A DNA stretch of 64,000 bases from Paracoccaceae bacterium (lineage in GTDB: Bacteria; Pseudomonadota; Alphaproteobacteria; Rhodobacterales; Rhodobacteraceae), in the NCBI GenBank assembly GCA_052387855.1, contig JBQTIT010000007.1:56922-120921 (forward strand), given 5' to 3'. The translations under genes were made by a program, and so were the position numbers. Positions 10,601-18,040 of the stretch are shown here, one piece after another. The notes beneath the pieces were generated by a model, which worked only from the letters and a program-made list of their open reading frames with translations, searched no databases and was not told where the DNA came from. Positions within the stretch are counted from its first letter, which is position 1. Each line of letters starts with the position of its first letter.

Positions 10601-10915
10601 CCGCTCGCCGTCATCGACTGCCTGATGACCGGCCGGCCCATGATCGCCACCCATATCGGCGAGATCCGGCGCATGCTGACGGGTGAAAACGGACCGGCGG
10701 GTGAGCTGTTCGATCTGGTGGACGGGCGGATTCCGGTCGATGTCCTTGCCGGCATCATCGTCAGGCTTGCCGCTGACCCGCAGGCACTGGGCCGCCTGAC
10801 GGCCGAGGTCGCCTCGGCCGCCCGTCAGTTCGACCCGGTCCGCATGCGCGACGGATATGATCACGTCTATCATTTTGCCACGGGCCGCGTGGCTGGCCTT
10901 CTGGCAGCGGAATGA
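7688..10915 (+). CDS. Tri-domain fusion of a sulfotransferase-like domain (about aa 6-215), a GT2 glycosyltransferase (about aa 409-640) and a GT4/GT1-type glycosyltransferase (about aa 710-1075)
   Basis: One uninterrupted 1075-codon frame. N-terminal domain has LGPHRTGTS (5'-PSB-like) and HVLRDPLAAALSH (3'-PB-like). GT2 domain has VSVIVPNYNHAPFL...ILLDDGSGDDS...AESDD. GT4 domain has EGFRSNPRDYFAMADAGLLPTRFPCESFPLAVIDCLMTGRP (E-x7-E region). Confidence 0.85.
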   Translation: MQSARMILCLGPHRTGTSAVAAALAALGAETGIAWADASAEGARGSFEHPGLVALNERLLAALGGAWDSAVFRGGPAIAAAGSGLDPLRAEALDLLRRSFRPGQTALLMDPRLCLLLDFWLPVIAEAGFSRIDMVHVLRDPLAAALSHRRRSRRRPEGGDFGAELPEGAALWLSCMGQMWDGFDRGRHLVVSFDALLGQPGATLRRLAGFAGLPVDEARIAAASAGVLDPALTGPPPAPLDRAAVEQALPQAPGAFAALMPLAAKGALSRADVAAVCGLALAAGPAIERIQSAALARLPASRRAPAAAAARPAPQRAAGRLARAAWAGIGAGWIRVNHLVRWAHQGVSARAPRCAERLRRLLWPALAAANLAILGTRHVPAPRTTIAPKPGQTIHPFDYQAPMPGGPYRPLVSVIVPNYNHAPFLRQRLDSIYGQSWPRFEVILLDDGSGDDSRAILQDYAARHADRTRVILNDKNSGSAFRQWEKGMAAARGDLIWIAESDDWCSANFLETLVPFFANPAVQLAYAPSVFMNGAGDRQIWSMAEYLSDLGPERWDKAFVIPAPRIVREAFAERNIIPNVSSALMRRIERPEALEADVWRGMRTCGDWVFYLNLMRGGLLAYSPDAQNFYRMHGANTSALSHTTDSYYIEHETVARCVQRHYSVDPLVFQRQRQALIRHWTRKRPRFVSAEFDACYSLPRIMAEARLRKPRLMMAGFAFCSGGGETFPITLANLMKSAGYDVTYLNCRQAPEVPGIRGLLARDIPVVTNFEDLNGILRDFEIEVIHSHHAWTDNTILDLMPESSPVKTVITLHGMYETLTDDQLRQTLPRLDRRTGAMVHVAEKNISAWTRLGRPIPRQMRQIDNALADGPVTPVARAALGIGPGAFVLVVVSRAIAPKGWQEAIEAVTLARRTLKRDLHLVLVGDGPECERLRGKTPPFVHLEGFRSNPRDYFAMADAGLLPTRFPCESFPLAVIDCLMTGRPMIATHIGEIRRMLTGENGPAGELFDLVDGRIPVDVLAGIIVRLAADPQALGRLTAEVASAARQFDPVRMRDGYDHVYHFATGRVAGLLAAE

Positions 10916-10966
10916 CCTTGGACCGGACATGCCGCGATCTGCCCCTGCGCCAGAGGTGTCCGTGAC

Positions 10967-13171
10967 GTGAAACCGGCGCTGATCCTTCATGTCGGAATGG
11001 ACAAGACCGGCACGACGGCGATCCAGTCCGCACTGGACCGGGCCTGCCGGTCCTTGGCGTCCGAACATGGGGTCCTGGTGCCGCGCACCGGGTCGTGGAG
11101 CGACCATTCCCATCATCGCTTTGCCTTTGCCGCCTTCGGCATCAACGGATATTCCTTTGCCGACCTAGCGGGGCTGCTTGCAAGCCTGGAGGACGAGGTT
11201 ACCGGCGCTGGATGTGGCCGGGTTCTTCTGTCGTCAGAATGCCTGTACAACCTGCCCGGCAAGCCGGGCATGGAGGCGTTCATGGCCGGCCTGCGCCGCA
11301 TATTTGGCGCGATCCGCGTGATCGTCTATCTTCGCCGGCAGGACACTTGGGTTGAATCGCGCTACCGTCATTCGGTGGTCAGCGGGCGCGAGATCCCCCT
11401 CGGGCAGCTTTGCCAGCCAAGGTACGCCGACTATCTGCCCCCTCTTGACCGCTGGGCAGAGGTGGTGGGCCTGGCGAACATGGTGGTGCGGCCCTACGAG
11501 ACCGCCCAGTTCCCGATGGGCGACATCGCGGCGGATTTCGCGCAGGCGGCCGGGCTGCCTGCCGGCGCGCTGCCCAGCCTGCGCGGCATCCGGGCCAACG
11601 CGGCCCTGTCGTTTGAAGTGGTCCAGCTTCGCGCCGCCTTCAATCATCTTCGCCTGCCGCAGGAAACCACGGGCGATCTGAACGAGGTGCTGGCGCATGC
11701 CGTTGCCGGCGGGCCGGCCGAGCGGTTCTTCGTCTCGCCCCGGCAGGCCGCCCAGCTTGTCGAACGCTATTCGGAATCCAACCGGCAGATCGCCCTGCGC
11801 TATATGGGTCGGATGGACGGGCGCGCCTTTGTCGATCCGCCGCCCGCCGCCGGCGCCCATGCCGTCCCCGAGATCGGCAGGGCCCGGATGATCGAGATCC
11901 TCGGCACGGTCCGACAGCGCAAGCCAGAGCTTCTGCGCCGCGCCGCGAGGGCCGGGGACGAATTGCGCCTTGCGGATCTGCGGTTCCGCGAGGCGGCGGC
12001 GCAGGTCTGGACCCTTGTGAGCGCCCTGCGGGACATGGGAATCGGCGGCGAGGTCGCGGCCGCCGCGCGGTCGGCGCCCCTGCCGGGGGCACGGCCAGCG
12101 GCGCGGGAAATATTCGTTCATTTCGGGGTCTACAAGACCGGATCAAGCGCGATTCAAGAGACCCTTTTCAACCACGCCGCCGGTCTTTCGGACGGCGCCT
12201 ATCTGGGCGCAGGGGTCGCGAACCACTCGCTGCTGGTGCGGACGGCGGTGCTAGTTGCCAAGCGGGCGCAGGAAAGGTTCGCGCCCGGCGACAGCCTGGA
12301 AAAGGTCCAGCAGCGCAAGGAACATGCGGCCGAAAGGTTGCAGCATGCGCTGGCCGCCGCCGCGCCGGCGGGCAGGGTCATCCTGTCGGCCGAGGCGATC
12401 TGCGGCTTCACCGCCAGAGAGCTTGAAACGCTCAAGGACTTCCTGACCCCCCATGCCGAACAAATCCGGTTTTTCGGCTACATGCGCGATCCGGTCACGC
12501 TGACGGCCTCGGTCTTTCAAGAGCAGCTCAAGAGCCGAAGGCCGGTGGGCTTCACCTTTGGCCAGGGGGGCGAGCCGGGGCCGCCGCTGCTTTACAGGGT
12601 GGTGGACCGGCTTGACGCGCTGTTCGGCGCGGCGGCGGTGACCGTTTTTCCCTTTGATCCCGCCACTTTCCCGGGCGGCGACGTGGTGCGCCATTTTCTG
12701 GCTGCGACCGGGATCCGGGGCGAGGGGCTTGAGCCCGTCCGAAGCAACGAAAGCCTGAACCTGCTGGCGGTCAAGGCGCTGTATAGTTACCGACACCTGC
12801 GCTCTGCCGCAGAGTCCCCCGATCTGGGCAAGAGCCGCGCGGCCTTCATTTCGGACCTGCGCGGGCTCAGGGGGCCCTCGTTCGGCTTTCATCCCGACAT
12901 CAACGCCCGCATCAGGGCCAATTGCGGCGACTGGGATGACTGGGCGGCGCGCCGTCTTGGCCGCCCGCTTGCCTACCTGTCCACCGATGCCCAGGGCGGT
13001 ATCCGCACCGAGGCGGACCTGCTGACCTTTTCGGACCAGGACCTTGCCGAACTTGCCCGCTACGGCGAACGGCACGGGATCAATGCGATAACCGCCGCCT
13101 CTGGCGCCGAGGATGTCGCCGACCTTGTCCAGCGGGTCAGGCAGCGCTTTGCCAGGGGGATTGCGGATTAG
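10967..13171 (+). CDS. Protein made of two tandem sulfotransferase-fold modules (function unknown)
   Basis: GTG start at 10967. Module 1 has LHVGMDKTGTTAIQ plus YLRRQDTWVESRY. Module 2 (from about nt 12107) has VHFGVYKTGSSAIQ plus YMRDPVTLTAS. It lies in the capsule locus. Confidence 0.7.
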   Translation: MKPALILHVGMDKTGTTAIQSALDRACRSLASEHGVLVPRTGSWSDHSHHRFAFAAFGINGYSFADLAGLLASLEDEVTGAGCGRVLLSSECLYNLPGKPGMEAFMAGLRRIFGAIRVIVYLRRQDTWVESRYRHSVVSGREIPLGQLCQPRYADYLPPLDRWAEVVGLANMVVRPYETAQFPMGDIAADFAQAAGLPAGALPSLRGIRANAALSFEVVQLRAAFNHLRLPQETTGDLNEVLAHAVAGGPAERFFVSPRQAAQLVERYSESNRQIALRYMGRMDGRAFVDPPPAAGAHAVPEIGRARMIEILGTVRQRKPELLRRAARAGDELRLADLRFREAAAQVWTLVSALRDMGIGGEVAAAARSAPLPGARPAAREIFVHFGVYKTGSSAIQETLFNHAAGLSDGAYLGAGVANHSLLVRTAVLVAKRAQERFAPGDSLEKVQQRKEHAAERLQHALAAAAPAGRVILSAEAICGFTARELETLKDFLTPHAEQIRFFGYMRDPVTLTASVFQEQLKSRRPVGFTFGQGGEPGPPLLYRVVDRLDALFGAAAVTVFPFDPATFPGGDVVRHFLAATGIRGEGLEPVRSNESLNLLAVKALYSYRHLRSAAESPDLGKSRAAFISDLRGLRGPSFGFHPDINARIRANCGDWDDWAARRLGRPLAYLSTDAQGGIRTEADLLTFSDQDLAELARYGERHGINAITAASGAEDVADLVQRVRQRFARGIAD

Positions 13172-13217
13172 CGCCCCCGCGCAAAACGCAACATAACCGA
13201 TGTTCGGCCTGTCCTGG

Positions 13218-13249
13218 ATTGGTTTCTATCTGATCAGATAGAAACCAAT
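13218..13249. terminator. Perfect 32-nt AT-rich palindrome between convergent genes (bidirectional terminator or protein site)
   Basis: ATTGGTTTCTATCTGATCAGATAGAAACCAAT gives a 14-bp stem around a central GATC. It abuts the kpsM stop codon (13250-13252). Confidence 0.4.
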
Positions 13250-14077
13250 TTAGCCTTCGAGCGCGTCGCGCACAACCCGGTGCAGCATCACCATGCCGAT
13301 GGTAAAGGTGGACAGCGCCACCATCAGCACGAACAGCGACGAGACATCCCCGCGCCCGACCTCGGGGTAAAAGGCGGCGCGCATCAACTCGATCGGATGC
13401 GCGACGGGGTTCCACCACAGATAGGACTTGTAGGGCTCGGGAACGATGTCGATCGGGATCAGCACCCCCGAGGCCAGCATCAGCGGCCGGGTAAAGACCG
13501 ACCACAGGTTTTCGTAGCTGGGAACAAGCAGGAACAGGACCGCGTTCAGGCAGCCCACGCCAAAGCCCAGGCAGCCGGCCAGGGCCAGCGCCTCGATCAC
13601 CAGTAGCGCGTCGATGCTGGGGTTGAGATCGTAAAGGCCGATGATGCTGATCGCCAGAAAGGCAAAGACCACCATCTGGATGAAGAGATGCAGGATCGCC
13701 CGGGCAATGATCGTGTCCAGCGCGCGGACGGTCGGAAAGCTCAGCAGCGGCCGCGAAAACTTTGGCGCCGACGCCGCCTTTGACGACAGCGCGGCAAAGA
13801 CGCCAAAGGGCACGATCCCTGTCATGTAGAACAAGGGAAAGCTGTCACCGACCGGCGGCACGCGCGAGATGACGCTGAACACAAGGCTCATCAGGATGAT
13901 CGTCGCGATGGGGTCGATGAAGGCCCAGAGAAATCCCAGCGAGGTTCGGCTTTCGCTGGTTTCCAGCTCGCGCAGGATCAGCGCGCCAAGCACCCGCACC
14001 GTCTTGAAGTGCCGGCTGCGCGGCACCCCCGGCGCGCGGCGGTCCGGTTCGGACAAGGCGCTTTCGGTCCTGGGCAT
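13250..14077 (-). CDS. kpsM: Capsule polysaccharide ABC-2 exporter permease
   Basis: ILRELETSESRTSLGFLWAFIDPIATIILMSLVF parallels E. coli KpsM LREIRTRFGKFRLGYLWAILEP. The start was chosen at ATG 14077, which follows AAGGAAAGGA. The longer ORF reaching 14173 is less likely. Confidence 0.85.
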   Translation of the reverse strand: MPRTESALSEPDRRAPGVPRSRHFKTVRVLGALILRELETSESRTSLGFLWAFIDPIATIILMSLVFSVISRVPPVGDSFPLFYMTGIVPFGVFAALSSKAASAPKFSRPLLSFPTVRALDTIIARAILHLFIQMVVFAFLAISIIGLYDLNPSIDALLVIEALALAGCLGFGVGCLNAVLFLLVPSYENLWSVFTRPLMLASGVLIPIDIVPEPYKSYLWWNPVAHPIELMRAAFYPEVGRGDVSSLFVLMVALSTFTIGMVMLHRVVRDALEG

Positions 14078-14189
14078 GCGGTCCTTTCCTTGGCCGCGGC
14101 ACATGGCAAGGCCCTGCCAGCCCACGGCTTGGGGCTTGTACCAGCCCTGCCAATTCCATAACAAGGGCATCACCCAGGATCAACCGGCC

Positions 14190-15479
14190 ATGGCCCGCCC
14201 CTGGTGTCGAACCCGGAAGGCTCGCTTGACACAGCAAGGCGCAGTGACACCACCGCCCGGCCCCGGCCCCGGCCAAAAGGCCGCCTTGGCCGTGCCCGGC
14301 CCCGCGCGCGGCGCCGGCCCGGCGCGCAAGGCCCCGCGCGAGGTGCCGGCGGCCGAAGTGCGCCCGGCGATCGCGCAGGCCGGTCTGCGCCGGCGCCATT
14401 ATGGCGTGCTGATGTCCTTTATCGCGCTCGTCGTCCTGCCGGTCGCGCTCAGCGCCTGGTATCTGTGGACGCGCGCCGTGGATCAGTACGAAAGCCGCAT
14501 CGGCTTTGCCGTGCGGGCCGAGGGCCAGGTCGGCACCCCTGATCTGCTGAACGGCCTGCTGGGCCCGGCGTCCAGTTCCACCGCCGAGGACATGCACATC
14601 CTCAGCGCCTTTATCCTCAGCCAGGAGCTTGTCAGCCGCATCGACGCGCGTCTGGACCTGCGCCAGCGCTATTCGCTCTTTCCGGCCGATCCGGTCTATT
14701 CCCTCGCGCCCGAAGGCACGATCGAGGAGCTGGTGGATTACTGGGAGCGGATGGTCGTGGTCGACTACTCTTCGACCACAGGTCTGATGGAGCTGACAAT
14801 CTACGCCTTTACCCCGGCGGATGCCCAGGCCATCGCCGCCTTGGTGCTGGAGGAAAGCAGCGCCGTCATCAACCAGCTTTCCGCCATCGCGCGCGAGGAC
14901 AGCACCCGTTTCGCCCGCGAGGCGCTGGACACCGCGCGCGCGCGGGCCGGCGAGGCGCGGGCAGCCGTGGCGCGCTTTCGCGCCACCAACAAGGTTGCCG
15001 ACCCCTCGGCCGACATCGCCTCGCATATGGGCGTGGTCTCGTCGCTGCAACAGCAGCTTGCCGGGGCGCTGGTCGAGCTGGACATGCTGCGCCTGGGCAC
15101 CAAGGCGGACGATCCGCGCATCGGCCCGCTGGAGCGGCGGATCGAGGCGATCGAGGGCCGCATCGACCAGGAACGCGCCGACCTTGGCATCGGCATCGAC
15201 GGCGCGGGCTTTGCCGAGGTGCTGGGCGAATACGAGCGACTCAAGGTCGATCAGACTTTTGCCGAGCAGGCCTATCTTGCCGCGCTTTCGGCGCATGATG
15301 CGGCGATGGCCGTGGCGGGGCGCAACAGCCGCTATCTGGCGACCTTCGTGCCGCCCACCCTGGCCGAGGCCTCCACCGCGCCGGTGCGGCCGCTGGTGCT
15401 GCTGGTGATCGGCATCATCGCTCTCTTGGGCTGGTCCTCGCTGGTGCTGATCTTTTACGCGCTGCGCGACCGCCGATAG
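14190..15479 (+). CDS. kpsE: Capsule export inner-membrane PCP-3 protein (KpsE-like)
   Basis: N-terminal TM segment (YGVLMSFIALVVLPVALSAWYLW), a long coiled periplasmic region and a C-terminal TM segment (LVLLVIGIIALLGWSSLVLIFY). The start is uncertain because the N-terminal Pro/Gly/Ala-rich extension may not be translated. Confidence 0.75.
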   Translation: MARPWCRTRKARLTQQGAVTPPPGPGPGQKAALAVPGPARGAGPARKAPREVPAAEVRPAIAQAGLRRRHYGVLMSFIALVVLPVALSAWYLWTRAVDQYESRIGFAVRAEGQVGTPDLLNGLLGPASSSTAEDMHILSAFILSQELVSRIDARLDLRQRYSLFPADPVYSLAPEGTIEELVDYWERMVVVDYSSTTGLMELTIYAFTPADAQAIAALVLEESSAVINQLSAIAREDSTRFAREALDTARARAGEARAAVARFRATNKVADPSADIASHMGVVSSLQQQLAGALVELDMLRLGTKADDPRIGPLERRIEAIEGRIDQERADLGIGIDGAGFAEVLGEYERLKVDQTFAEQAYLAALSAHDAAMAVAGRNSRYLATFVPPTLAEASTAPVRPLVLLVIGIIALLGWSSLVLIFYALRDRR

Positions 15480-15494
15480 CCCCGGTGCGGCGCC

Positions 15495-16187
15495 ATGATC
15501 GAGCTTGAAAACCTGACCAAGGCCTACCGCTACAACGGTCAGCCGAAATACATCGTGCGGGGCGTCAACGCGGTCTTTTCGGCGGGAAAGGTCACGGCGC
15601 TTCTGGGGCGCAACGGCGCGGGCAAGTCGACCTTGCTGCAACTCATTGCCGGCACGATCAACCCGGATTCGGGCCGCGTAAGGACTCAAGGCATGATCTC
15701 GTGGCCGATCGGGCTGGCGGGCGGGCTGCACCCCGAATTGACGGGGGTGCAGAATGTCCGCTTCATCGCCCGGGTCTACGGTGTCGACACCGATGAGATG
15801 GTCGATTTCGTCGGCGACTTTGCCGAGCTGGGGCCAAGCTATCGCCAACCGGTGCGCACCTATTCCTCGGGCCAGCGGGCGCGGCTGAACTTCGGGATGT
15901 CGATGGCGATCCGGTTCGATTGTTACCTGATCGACGAGATCACATCGGTCGGCGACGCCGGATTCCGCGCCAAGAGCGCCCAGCTTTTCGCCGACCGGAT
16001 GTCAAGCGCCGGGGCGATCTATGTCAGCCATTCGCTTTCGGCGATCCGGCAATCCTGCGATGCGGCCATGGTCCTTGAGGCCGGCCAGTTGCGGTATTTC
16101 GACAATGTCGACGAAGCGATCGAGACGCATGAGCGCAACATTCTGGGACAGAATTACAGGATGGTGAAGCTGCTCGATCCGGATTGA
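15495..16187 (+). CDS. kpsT: Capsule export ABC transporter ATP-binding protein
   Basis: Walker A GRNGAGKST, signature YSSGQRARL and Walker B CYLIDE. 230 aa, directly downstream of kpsE. Confidence 0.9.
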   Translation: MIELENLTKAYRYNGQPKYIVRGVNAVFSAGKVTALLGRNGAGKSTLLQLIAGTINPDSGRVRTQGMISWPIGLAGGLHPELTGVQNVRFIARVYGVDTDEMVDFVGDFAELGPSYRQPVRTYSSGQRARLNFGMSMAIRFDCYLIDEITSVGDAGFRAKSAQLFADRMSSAGAIYVSHSLSAIRQSCDAAMVLEAGQLRYFDNVDEAIETHERNILGQNYRMVKLLDPD

Positions 16188-17848
16188 ACCAGGATGTCGG
16201 TGATCGGCCCGACATCTTCGAGAACCCAGATCACCTGGCCGGTGGGTAGATAGGTCACGGTGGCATCCAGCGCAGAGCCGCCACGGACCGATGACAGGAC
16301 TGCCGAGAACTGATCGGCGCTGGCCCCCGGCTGCCCGAACACCAGCACGTCGGCGTGGTGCAGGCAGTAGTCGGTGACCAGATCGGTGCCGTCAGCGGCC
16401 AGCCCGCTGTGAAAGAACCGGTCCAGCCCCGCCCCGCCCGTCAGCGTGTCGTTGCCGCCGTCGCCCTGAAGCCAGTCGTCGCCGGCATGGCCGGTCAACT
16501 GGTCGTCCCCCTCGCCCCCCGACAAAAGGTCATCGCCCGCCCCGCCGAAAAGCAGGTCCTTTCCCGCGCCGCCGTAAAGCTGATCCTCGCCGTTCAGCCC
16601 CTCAAGCCAGTCATTGCCCGCCCCGCCCTCAAGCCAGTCGTTGCCGCTTTGGCCGATCAGGCTGTCGTTGCCGTCGCCGCCCAGCATCCGGTCGTTGCCT
16701 GCCCCGCCGTGCAGAACATCGGCGCCCGTCCCGCCGTCAACGACGTCATCGCCGTTGTTGCCCTGGATCGCATCGTTCCCGTCACCGCCGCGCAGACCGT
16801 CATTGCCCGCGCGCCCGGCAAGCGTGTCGTTGCCGCCGCCGCCGGCAAGGTCGTCATCCCGGCCGCCGCCCAGGATGAAATCGTCGTGGGCCGAGCCGAC
16901 GAAGGCCTCGATGGAGATGAAACTGTCCCCCATGGCCCAGCCAAGGTTGGCTTCGGCCTGGTTCAGGTCGATGCGGACCGCCTCGGGCGCGGCGGAGTAA
17001 TCCACGGTGTCCCTGCCGCTGCCGCCGTCCAGGTGATCGCCCTCGGCCGATCCAAGGATCACATCGTCGCCGGCCTGGCCCAGGATGGTGTCGCTCTCGC
17101 CGGTGCCAAAGATCGTATCGGCGCCAGCGCTGCCCAGGATCGGCGCGGGGCTGCCGCCCAGGCGAAAGATGTAGAGCCCCGGAACCCCGGTATTTCCCGG
17201 CGTGACCGGCAGGGCCAGCAGGCCCGCCTCGTCCCCCGAGGGGCCGATGGTGACCACGTTGCCCAAGCTGTCCATGCTGTAGCCGATCTGCGCCGGGCTG
17301 CCGCCGGTTCCGCCCGTGCCGCCCTCAAGATCGCCCGAGGTCCATTCGATGCTTTCATAGCGGATGACCACATCCATCGCGCCGCCCCCGGCGTCATGGA
17401 GTTGCACCTGAAAGGTGTTGGTGGCGGTGGCGTTGCGCCGGTAGAAACCGACATCCTCCCAGGTGATGGTGATGCAGTCGGCAACCGTGTCGATGTCCAG
17501 CCAGATCTGGCCGCTTTCCGCCCCCTCGCCGTCGATCCGCGTGTCGACATCGGCCAGAAAAGGCGCGATGAAAGGCATGGTCAGCGCGGCAAGGTCATCC
17601 GGCAGCACCGCGACCCCCTCGCCAAAGGTGATCAGGCCGTCGGTTGAAACATAGACCTCGCCCGCGCCGTAAACCTCATCCCCGATCACGATGCCATCTT
17701 CAAAGACCGCCGTCACGTCGATGGCGGCAAACCCCTCATCCCCGCGCGGCAAGGCAATCTCGCCATAACCCGACGGGCCGCCGAGGGTGTCTACGGCGGT
17801 GCCGTCGCCGGTGATCTCGTCCATGGCGTCTCCTTTCCCGGGTATCAC
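16154..17848 (-). CDS. Secreted RTX-type calcium-binding protein with N-terminal nidogen-like (NIDO) domain
   Basis: IAPFLADVDTR...ITITWEDVGFY...NTFQVQLHD matches the NIDO pattern. This is followed by more than 12 GGxGxDxL nonapeptides (GGAGNDRMLGGDGNDSLIGQSGNDWLEGGAGNDWLEG...). Confidence 0.85.
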   Translation of the reverse strand: MIPGKGDAMDEITGDGTAVDTLGGPSGYGEIALPRGDEGFAAIDVTAVFEDGIVIGDEVYGAGEVYVSTDGLITFGEGVAVLPDDLAALTMPFIAPFLADVDTRIDGEGAESGQIWLDIDTVADCITITWEDVGFYRRNATATNTFQVQLHDAGGGAMDVVIRYESIEWTSGDLEGGTGGTGGSPAQIGYSMDSLGNVVTIGPSGDEAGLLALPVTPGNTGVPGLYIFRLGGSPAPILGSAGADTIFGTGESDTILGQAGDDVILGSAEGDHLDGGSGRDTVDYSAAPEAVRIDLNQAEANLGWAMGDSFISIEAFVGSAHDDFILGGGRDDDLAGGGGNDTLAGRAGNDGLRGGDGNDAIQGNNGDDVVDGGTGADVLHGGAGNDRMLGGDGNDSLIGQSGNDWLEGGAGNDWLEGLNGEDQLYGGAGKDLLFGGAGDDLLSGGEGDDQLTGHAGDDWLQGDGGNDTLTGGAGLDRFFHSGLAADGTDLVTDYCLHHADVLVFGQPGASADQFSAVLSSVRGGSALDATVTYLPTGQVIWVLEDVGPITDILVQSGSSSFTIL

Positions 17849-18040
17849 TCTGCCGCCGCGTGCTTAATTCCGGGCTAAGGCGCGCCCGTCGCCGCGGCCC
17901 GGCCCGTCCGCAACGCGCTGAATTTTGCGAACATTTTCCAGAAATCCGCGCGACAAGCCGCTTTCGCGCCCGAATTGCACCGCAGCGGCGGGCCGTTCTG
18001 CCGGCAGCCTTGTCCCCGGGTGTGACATCGGGGTGGGGAC

